From the IMG/VR virus record IMGVR_UViG_3300032324_000105, positions 1-38,050 of that record: 38,050 nt of DNA. One strand, given 5' to 3'. This DNA comes from a virus (lineage: Duplodnaviria; Caudoviricetes). Under the pieces are notes generated by a model. That model was not told the origin of the DNA. It searched no databases and saw only the letters and a program-made list of their open reading frames with translations. The translations under genes and the position numbers were made by a program. Shown here piece by piece: positions 1 to 6,570 of this stretch (positions within the stretch are counted from its first letter, which is position 1; the number at the start of each line of letters is the position of its first letter).

Positions 1-246
1 GAAACTAAAACATTTCCACATAACCCCTTATATGATGTACAACGTAAACTTCCAATTTATACAAAAAGCGCAAAGAGCATTAGTAAACATTGTGCTGGAC
101 ATTACTTGATCAAGTTCCCAAAAGGATGGGTTAAAAGTCATTGTCCTAAATTGATCACTTTGGAAAGATACCCTTATCGTGGTCCTTTTCATACAGATGC
201 AGAAGTAAGACTTGAACTTTCAAAGGCACATCGTGAACGAAATTAA
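1..246 (+). CDS. Phage hypothetical protein, 5'-truncated (not in the supplied ORF track)
   Basis: Frame 1 is open from base 1 to TAA at 244-246: ETKTFPHNPLYDVQRKLPIYTKSAKSISKHCAGHYLIKFPKGWVKSHCPKLITLERYPYRGPFHTDAEVRLELSKAHRERN. It overlaps the next start. Confidence 0.8.
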   Translation, partial: ETKTFPHNPLYDVQRKLPIYTKSAKSISKHCAGHYLIKFPKGWVKSHCPKLITLERYPYRGPFHTDAEVRLELSKAHRERN

Positions 247-454
247 CAACTATATAATTGAAGATTTTGCTAATAAAGTATTTGCCGCTAAAAAGACAAA
301 TCAAAAACAGATTACTCTAGATATTAAAGAAGCGCAGATATTAGTAGAAAATCTTACTTTAGTACTAGCAAGAGCCGTTGGTAATCTTGACAAAGTAGTC
401 AAAACAAGCGATGACGGGGTAATTTCGGTATCAATGGATGGTGGTACTTTTTAA
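233..454 (+). CDS. Small hypothetical protein
   Basis: Track ORF 212..454; GTG at 233, preceded by AAGG, is the likelier start. Helical protein ending in SMDGGTF. Confidence 0.7.
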   Translation: MNEINNYIIEDFANKVFAAKKTNQKQITLDIKEAQILVENLTLVLARAVGNLDKVVKTSDDGVISVSMDGGTF

Positions 455-493
455 TAAATAAACTACGTATATAAACAAGGATACGTAGTTTAT
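454..493 (+). promoter_or_regulatory. Late-promoter-like ATAAATA box plus a 13-bp perfect inverted repeat covering the start of ORF 492
   Basis: ATAAATA at 454-460. ATAAACTACGTAT (458-470) is the exact reverse complement of ATACGTAGTTTAT (481-493). The 10-nt loop ends in AAGG. Confidence 0.7.
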
Positions 494-785
494 GAGTAGA
501 CCAAAACCAAAAATACTGTTAGAAAGCACTAATAAAAAAAACTATAAAACTGAACAAGTTTTAGAGAGTGACGCCATTTGGGCAGTTTTTTATAAAGGTC
601 AGCCAGTCAATTTAAAAACTACTAGTTTGGTTAGTAGTTATCCTGGTCCTAAATATAAAAAAGTTTCTTTTAGTAATCCTGGTCATGCACACAATCTTTC
701 TAACAAATTGAATAAAATGTTTGAATGCAAAGATTTCTGTGTGTACAAGTTAACAACTGGTGAACCAGTTAATGAACAAGACTGA
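492..785 (+). CDS. Conserved large-phage hypothetical protein (basic, 97 aa)
   Basis: ATG with AAGGA upstream. The MSRPKP...YPGPKYKKVSFSNPGHA motif is one I recall from large-myovirus hypotheticals (not searched). Confidence 0.85.
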   Translation: MSRPKPKILLESTNKKNYKTEQVLESDAIWAVFYKGQPVNLKTTSLVSSYPGPKYKKVSFSNPGHAHNLSNKLNKMFECKDFCVYKLTTGEPVNEQD

Positions 786-1164
786 CATTACCAAAGCATT
801 AATTTCAAACGACGAAAAATATAGCAGTGACCAAAAAAGTTTTAACATGCTATACAGGGCATGGTGGATAAACTGGCGGTCTGCTGAAGATCGAAGATTC
901 CGTCTGTCAGACACTGGTTACAAATACTTTAACACCAATGCTGAAATAAAATTTTACCAAATTAGGTTTCCAGTTGGGTTAGTAATCACTAACAAAATGA
1001 TTATAGATTTGGATAGATTCATTGACTGTCCGTACTATCTAACCAACGAAGAAATTTTGGTAACACATGAAAAAACTGCACTACAATTGGTTCTTTTTGA
1101 TGGCGACCTTGCCAAATTTGGGCGAGCAAAACGAGCAACAAGACAAAGAAACTTGCAGAAGTAG
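772..1164 (+). CDS. Hypothetical protein
   Basis: Track ORF 760..1164; ATG 772 overlaps the previous gene. Contains WWINWR..FRLS and IDCPYYL. Confidence 0.8.
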   Translation: MNKTDITKALISNDEKYSSDQKSFNMLYRAWWINWRSAEDRRFRLSDTGYKYFNTNAEIKFYQIRFPVGLVITNKMIIDLDRFIDCPYYLTNEEILVTHEKTALQLVLFDGDLAKFGRAKRATRQRNLQK

Positions 1165-1193
1165 TTGACTTTTCGCCCTAATGGTATTACAAT
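1165..1193 (+). promoter_or_regulatory. Sigma70-type (early) promoter for the AAA+ gene
   Basis: TTGACT (1165-1170), 17 bp spacer, TACAAT (1188-1193); intergenic. Confidence 0.8.
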
Positions 1194-1237
1194 ATAAAGA
1201 CAGTAAACATTTAACTCTGTTTTTAGAAAGGCATCAA

Positions 1238-2323
1238 ATGGCAAAGAGCGAAATTAGTGCAAATCGTACAGTCACCCCTAACGAGGCTAAAAAGTCAATC
1301 CGTAGAGCTATTAAGAAACAACGTCCTATTTTTATGTGGGGTGCGCCAGGCATTGGTAAGTCCGACATTGTAAGACAGATTGCAAATGAAAATGGTCGTA
1401 ACGTAATTGACGTTCGACTTCCTCTTTGGGAACCTACCGATATTAAAGGTATCCCATATTACAACGCCGCAGAAAATACTATGAGCTGGGCTCCTCCAGC
1501 TGAACTTCCTAGTGATCCAGAATGTACTGATGTGTTGTTTTTGGACGAGCTTAATGCGGCTCCTCCCAGTGTACAAGCGGCGGCTTATCAGCTTATTTTG
1601 AATCGTCGTGTAGGCACGTATGTACTTCCAAAAGGTGTTAGCATTGTTGCCGCAGGTAACCGTGAAACTGACAAAGGTGTTACATATCGTATGCCAGCTC
1701 CGTTGGCCAATCGCTTTGTTCACTTGGAATTGCGTGTGGACTTTGATGACTGGAATCAGTGGGCTACTTCAAATAAAATACACAAAGACGTTGCTGGTTA
1801 TCTAAACTATGCAAAACAAGACTTGTACGACTTTGATCCAAAGTCAGCAAGCCGTTCATTTGCTACTCCACGCACTTGGTCATTTGTTAGCGAACTTTTG
1901 GACGAAGATGATGACGATGTTGGCACATTGACTGATTTGGTCGCAGGGTGTGTTGGTGAAGGTCTTGCTGTCAAGTTTATGGCTCACCGTAAAATTTCTG
2001 GTCAGTTGCCTAACCCATCAGAAATTCTTGATGGTAAAGTAAAAGAGTTGAAAATTAAAGAAATTTCAGCAATGTATTCTTTGACTATTGGTATGTGCTA
2101 TGAGCTTGATGAGCGTCATAACAAGAAAGCCAAAGATTGGGATAGCATGGCAGACAATTTCTTCCGCTTTATGATGGATAATTTCCCAACAGAGATTGTT
2201 GTTATGGGTGCAAAGACTGCTCTTACTAACTTCCAACTGCCATTTGATCCTGCTGAGATGAAGAACTTTGATGAGTTCCATGATCGATTTGGTAAGTACG
2301 TTATTACTGCCCTTGAAAAATAA
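1238..2323 (+). CDS. MoxR-like / dynein-related AAA+ ATPase (AAA_5 type)
   Basis: Walker A GAPGIGKS, Walker B LFLDE, sensor-1 AAGN and Arg finger PLANRF. ATG 1238 follows AGAAAGG. Adjacent to a VWA gene. Confidence 0.92.
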   Translation: MAKSEISANRTVTPNEAKKSIRRAIKKQRPIFMWGAPGIGKSDIVRQIANENGRNVIDVRLPLWEPTDIKGIPYYNAAENTMSWAPPAELPSDPECTDVLFLDELNAAPPSVQAAAYQLILNRRVGTYVLPKGVSIVAAGNRETDKGVTYRMPAPLANRFVHLELRVDFDDWNQWATSNKIHKDVAGYLNYAKQDLYDFDPKSASRSFATPRTWSFVSELLDEDDDDVGTLTDLVAGCVGEGLAVKFMAHRKISGQLPNPSEILDGKVKELKIKEISAMYSLTIGMCYELDERHNKKAKDWDSMADNFFRFMMDNFPTEIVVMGAKTALTNFQLPFDPAEMKNFDEFHDRFGKYVITALEK

Positions 2324-2337
2324 GTGCAAGAAATGAC

Positions 2338-2367
2338 AAAGAAGGGGCTTAAATGCCCTTTCTTTTA
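2338..2367 (+). terminator. Rho-independent terminator
   Basis: Stem-loop AAAGAAGGGGC-ttaaat-GCCCTTTCTTT (one G-U pair) with a T-rich tail, 14 bp after the AAA stop. Confidence 0.75.
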
Positions 2368-2396
2368 TAGACTTTTAACAAGATTCGTGCTATAAT
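2368..2396 (+). promoter_or_regulatory. Sigma70-type promoter with extended -10 for the VWA gene
   Basis: TAGACT (2368-2373), 17 bp spacer, TATAAT (2391-2396), with TG at 2388-2389. Confidence 0.8.
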
Positions 2397-2425
2397 ATGC
2401 TATATAATTGAAAGAAAGGTTGTAT

Positions 2426-3700
2426 ATGTCCTCAACTATAATGAAAGACGAAAACAATAAAAAAGTTTTCGAAAAGCGAGAACACAGCACAAAAGAGAAA
2501 AATGATGCTGTAGAAAAACTTATTACCGCTAGAGTTGGACTGCTACTACGACAACCATTTTTTGGTAATTTAGCAACACGTCTGCAACTAATTGATGCTA
2601 GCGATTGGTGTCCTACCGCCGCAACTGATGGTCGTAATTTTTATTACAATATTGACTTTATTAAGTCACTGAGCGCCAAACAATGTGAATTTCTTTTTGG
2701 TCACGAAACACTACATAATGTGTTTGATCACCTAACACGTCGTTTAGACAGAGATCCAAAGTTTTTTAACTATGCTTGTGACTTCGCTGTTAATCAAATC
2801 TTGATTGATGAGCGCATTGGTGAAAAAATTGACCAAGTAAAAATTTGTTATGATTCAAAATATCGAGGTAAAAGCTCTGAAGAAATTTATGACGATTTGA
2901 TGAAGAATGTCAAATTTATGAGTGCTGAAGAACTCCTTAAGCAGTTGGGCGAGTTGCTTGACGAACATATGGATTGGGACGCAGACGGTGATCCTAGAGA
3001 TGGCGAAAGTAATGGTGATAAGGATGGAAACGGTGCTCCCAAATATAGTAAAGAAGAACTAAAGAAAATTCGAGATGAATTGAAAGAAGCAATGGTTGCC
3101 GCCGCACAGGCAGCTGGTGCTGGTCGAGTTCCTGTAGGTGTGCAAAGACTTCTTAAAGACCTTACAGAACCAAAAATGGATTGGCGTCAATTGTTGCGTA
3201 TGAATATTCAAAGTATTCTTCGTAGCAATTATAGTTTTATGCGTCCAAGTCGAAAAGGATGGCATACTGGAGCAGTTTTGCCTGGTATGCTTAATGATGA
3301 AACTATTGATATCTGTATTGGTATTGATATGTCTGGTTCAATTGGTGATGCACAAGCCAAAGACTTCTTAAGTGAAGTTAAAGGAATTATGGACGAGTAT
3401 GTGGACTATAATATCCAACTTTGGTGCTTTGATACAGAAGTATATAACTATGCCAAATTTAGTGCTGATAACGGCCAAGATTTAGACTCTTACGAAATTA
3501 AGGGTGGTGGCGGTACTGACTTTGACTGCAACTATAACTTCATGAAAGAACAAGGAATTGAACCTAAGAAATTTGTAATGTTTACTGACGGTTATCCTTG
3601 CGGAAGCTGGGGAGATGAAGATTACTGTGATACATTGTTCATTATTCACGGTTCAGAAGATATAAAATCTCCATTCGGTCAGTACGCACATTATAAATAA
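2426..3700 (+). CDS. Putative metallopeptidase + VWA domain protein (DUF2201-like), partner of the AAA+ ATPase
   Basis: TAATDG, HETLH (HExxH), N..CD..VN, acidic Gly-rich linker, MIDAS DMSGS, GGGGTDF and FTDG. ATG 2426 follows AGAAAGG. Confidence 0.9.
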   Translation: MSSTIMKDENNKKVFEKREHSTKEKNDAVEKLITARVGLLLRQPFFGNLATRLQLIDASDWCPTAATDGRNFYYNIDFIKSLSAKQCEFLFGHETLHNVFDHLTRRLDRDPKFFNYACDFAVNQILIDERIGEKIDQVKICYDSKYRGKSSEEIYDDLMKNVKFMSAEELLKQLGELLDEHMDWDADGDPRDGESNGDKDGNGAPKYSKEELKKIRDELKEAMVAAAQAAGAGRVPVGVQRLLKDLTEPKMDWRQLLRMNIQSILRSNYSFMRPSRKGWHTGAVLPGMLNDETIDICIGIDMSGSIGDAQAKDFLSEVKGIMDEYVDYNIQLWCFDTEVYNYAKFSADNGQDLDSYEIKGGGGTDFDCNYNFMKEQGIEPKKFVMFTDGYPCGSWGDEDYCDTLFIIHGSEDIKSPFGQYAHYK

Positions 3701-3708
3701 ACTGCGTA
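3692..3708 (+). promoter_or_regulatory. T4-like late-promoter box TATAAATA followed by AACTGCGTA
   Basis: TATAAATA at 3692-3699. The segment 3693-3708 is 15/16 identical to 454-469. Confidence 0.55.
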
Positions 3709-3715
3709 GATTATT

Positions 3716-4006
3716 ATGCCACTGAAAAATGGTACACTGAATCCTTTGAATGTTTTGGACTATCGAGTAGTACATCGTATTCCAAAACACTTTGAAAGTG
3801 TCTATGTTGATGTAGATTGTGATAAACCTACATTAACAAGATGGATTTATACAAACCTAAATAGTAGGTTTTGTGTGCAATCAGAGCTTAATATATCTAA
3901 TGGAAATTTTATGACAGAGTCAACTAAAATTGGATTTGAAGATCCAAGAGAATTGACAATGTTCATGCTTACATGCCCATATTTAGAAAATAGGAGAAAT
4001 AAATGA
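3716..4006 (+). CDS. Hypothetical protein
   Basis: 96-aa ORF in a packed operon, with an ATGA overlap to the next gene. Confidence 0.8.
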   Translation: MPLKNGTLNPLNVLDYRVVHRIPKHFESVYVDVDCDKPTLTRWIYTNLNSRFCVQSELNISNGNFMTESTKIGFEDPRELTMFMLTCPYLENRRNK

Positions 4007-4263
4007 GTGAGCAAACTGAAGTACAAGCAACAGAAACTGTAGCAACAACCGCTGAAGCAACACCTGCACAAGCACCAGCACCTGACCTAACTGTCAATGA
4101 TCTGCAAGCATTACGTACTATTATTGATGTCGCAAGTCAACGCGGTACATTTAAAGCAGGTGAATTGGCAAGTGTTGGTCAAGTGTATAATCGTTTAGAA
4201 GCGTTTCTAAATCATATTGCACCAGCCAAAACTGAAGGTGCCGCAGAAGCACCAAAACAATAA
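4003..4263 (+). CDS. Small hypothetical protein (helical core, Ala/Glu/Thr-rich termini)
   Basis: AGGAG RBS at 3992-3996. Core DLQALRTIIDVASQRGTFKAGELASVGQVYNRL. Confidence 0.85.
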   Translation: MSEQTEVQATETVATTAEATPAQAPAPDLTVNDLQALRTIIDVASQRGTFKAGELASVGQVYNRLEAFLNHIAPAKTEGAAEAPKQ

Positions 4264-4273
4264 GGAAAATAAA

Positions 4274-4858
4274 ATGAAACACGTCGGAAAAATGAAAAAC
4301 AATGATGCCCCAGTTGTCATTGTTTTTCGAACAATTCCGGGTGATCCACACAGTTGTCTTGTGGTGGGTACCCAAGGGCTGGGGCCCACCCATCATGATG
4401 CACTTATGACTGAAATTCAAACTCCTGAATCACAAGGTGCATTTGAGTTGGCTACCATACTTGCAACTCGTAGATTCCCAGATAATAGTGAAATGTTGGC
4501 TTGGTTGCATTTTAATAAAAAACTTAGAAAAATATCAACCAAAGATGTTATCGTAACACCAACACCAAGTCAATCAATTTCCTTAGATGAGTTGAATAAA
4601 CTTATTGCAGAACAAAAAGGTATATCGATTGAAGAACTAGCTGGTGGTAAGAAAAGTGAGATCACTGAAATTGCACAAATTACAGAAACTCCAGTTGCCG
4701 ATATCGCTAGTGTAACTGAAGTATTAGATGACACTAAGTTAGCTAAGAGTCTACGTAGTCAAGCAGATTCGTTGTTTAAAGAAGCACAAACTTTACGTAA
4801 ACAAGCGGATGATTTAGATCCTCCAAAGAAGAAAACTGCTAAAGCTGTAGAAGCTTAA
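4274..4858 (+). CDS. Hypothetical protein with C-terminal coiled coil
   Basis: ATG 4274 follows TAAGGA. N-terminus MKHVGK; C-terminal LAKSLRSQADSLFKEAQTLRKQAD. Confidence 0.85.
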   Translation: MKHVGKMKNNDAPVVIVFRTIPGDPHSCLVVGTQGLGPTHHDALMTEIQTPESQGAFELATILATRRFPDNSEMLAWLHFNKKLRKISTKDVIVTPTPSQSISLDELNKLIAEQKGISIEELAGGKKSEITEIAQITETPVADIASVTEVLDDTKLAKSLRSQADSLFKEAQTLRKQADDLDPPKKKTAKAVEA

Positions 4859-4911
4859 AGGGGGCAGTTATTTCTAGTACTTTTCCTAGGAGAGTTAGGA
4901 TAGTATCTGGC

Positions 4912-5223
4912 TTGGATGCAAATTGGCGGGAGATTTTGGAAGACGTATCTTTACGTGCTATCCCGATTAAATACATTGCAAGCGTAGAACTTGAACTCAA
5001 AAACCAAGACACTTGTTCTATAGATGTGGCATCTAAGTTACGTGACGATTGGTCTAGTAACTTAGAAACTGCGTCAGTAGAATTAGAGAAACTAATTGGC
5101 GATGTCCATGAACTACACGGCGTTAGCATGGTCGAATACCTGCTAGATTTTGACATGATAAGGAGTGAGGTAAGTTTTACCTCAGCAAAATTAGGAAATG
5201 ACAACAACAGCAATCGTAATTAG
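4912..5223 (+). CDS. Acidic hypothetical protein (start uncertain)
   Basis: Fills the gap before the DHFR-fold gene. TTG start in the track; the frame is open back to 4843. Confidence 0.65.
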   Translation: MDANWREILEDVSLRAIPIKYIASVELELKNQDTCSIDVASKLRDDWSSNLETASVELEKLIGDVHELHGVSMVEYLLDFDMIRSEVSFTSAKLGNDNNSNRN

Positions 5224-5698
5224 TACAGAAGTAGGTGGCATTGGTATCAATGGCCGTATGCCTTGGCTTGAATTATATTCAGCTAAGGATGCCTATCAAG
5301 AACTTGCAAAAAATAATGTAGTTTTAGTTGGTAGAAAATCTTTTGATTCTCATCACCACTTACGTGGAGAAATGACCTATGTCTACTCTAACAATGTAGA
5401 TCTAGTAGAAAGTGACAGTGTAAAAAGAGTTTCTGGATCTGCCGATGACATTATTAGCATGATTAAAGAAACACACCCAGATAAGAATATTATTATTGCA
5501 GGTGGCGTAAATGTGTTCAAAGCATTTTGGGATCACATTGATGAATGGCGTGTGACCATTGTTAAAGAGTTTGTAGTGTACGAAGAAGATATTGATTTAA
5601 CTTCTATTCAATACCATTGGAATGACAGACGTCTACTTGGTGAAGGGGTAGATAATAATCAAAATTTTGAAATTTGGCACTACCGCAAGAAGGTCTAA
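5198..5698 (+). CDS. Dihydrofolate-reductase-fold protein, divergent (folate-binding residues altered)
   Basis: GIG..G.MPW, VGRKSFDS, IIIAGG and VT motifs; TAATG overlap with thyA. Confidence 0.85.
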   Translation: MTTTAIVISTEVGGIGINGRMPWLELYSAKDAYQELAKNNVVLVGRKSFDSHHHLRGEMTYVYSNNVDLVESDSVKRVSGSADDIISMIKETHPDKNIIIAGGVNVFKAFWDHIDEWRVTIVKEFVVYEEDIDLTSIQYHWNDRRLLGEGVDNNQNFEIWHYRKKV

Positions 5699-6570
5699 TG
5701 GATAATTATCACAATCTCATATCAAAAATAATCAACGAAGGTTCATTAAAAGAAGATCGAACTGGAGTGGGCACAATTAGTTTATTTGGGGAACAACTTA
5801 GATTTGATTTAAGCAAAGGTTTCCCTGCAATCACAACCAAAAAGTTAGCATGGAAGGCAGTAGTTAGTGAACTGCTTTGGTTCATTTTGGGCAGTGGTGA
5901 TGAGCGTAAACTTAAAGAAATCTTGCATGGTGATGCAAACAGTGATAAAAAGACTATCTGGTCTGAAAATGCTAACGCAGATTATTGGGTTGCTAAAAAT
6001 CAGAAAAAACATAAAGATGACTTAGGTCGAATTTATGGAGTGCAATGGCGCACTTGGAGAGCTCCAGTATTTGGTGTTAACAAAATGGGCGTTCGTCACG
6101 TGGACCAATTGCAACAACTGCTCAAGGGAATTAAAGACGACCCTAACGGTCGCAGACATATTATTACAGCGTGGAATCCAGGAGAACTTGATTCTATGGC
6201 GTTGCCGCCATGTCATTGTTTTGCACAATTTTATGTAAACAACTGCAAACTAAGTTGTCAAATGTATCATCGTAGTGCAGACATATTTTTGGGAGTGCCT
6301 TTTAATATTGCTTCTTATGCATTATTCACGCATATGATTGCACAGTGTTGTGATTTAGATGTAGGTGAACTAATTATTACTTTTGGCGATGTTCATTTGT
6401 ATAACAACCATTTAGAACAAGCTCAAGAGCAATTAGAAAGAGAAGCATTTGAATGTCCTAAACTGGTATTAAACCCACAAATAAAGGACATTACAAAATT
6501 TGCAATGTCCGATATTAGTTTAGAAAACTATCAAAGTCACGGTGCAATTTCTGCACCTATGGCAGTTTAA
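5698..6570 (+). CDS. thyA: Thymidylate synthase
   Basis: DRTGVGT, TTKK, ELLWF, YGVQWR, GRR, catalytic LPPCH, RSAD.FLGVPFN and HLYNNH; C-terminal MAV. ATG at 5698. Confidence 0.95.
   Translation: MDNYHNLISKIINEGSLKEDRTGVGTISLFGEQLRFDLSKGFPAITTKKLAWKAVVSELLWFILGSGDERKLKEILHGDANSDKKTIWSENANADYWVAKNQKKHKDDLGRIYGVQWRTWRAPVFGVNKMGVRHVDQLQQLLKGIKDDPNGRRHIITAWNPGELDSMALPPCHCFAQFYVNNCKLSCQMYHRSADIFLGVPFNIASYALFTHMIAQCCDLDVGELIITFGDVHLYNNHLEQAQEQLEREAFECPKLVLNPQIKDITKFAMSDISLENYQSHGAISAPMAV

Noticed and set aside
1035-6238. Short alternative-frame or antisense ORFs (1035-1244, 1295-1723, 1620-1805, 2066-2329, 3059-3265, 3847-4071, 4151-4420, 4207-4389, 4839-5213, 6022-6228, 6035-6238)
   Set aside because: They are shadows of well-supported + strand genes and have no recognisable motifs.
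5698-6570. Group I intron or homing endonuclease in thyA (as in T4 td)
   Set aside because: The ORF is continuous and of normal length.
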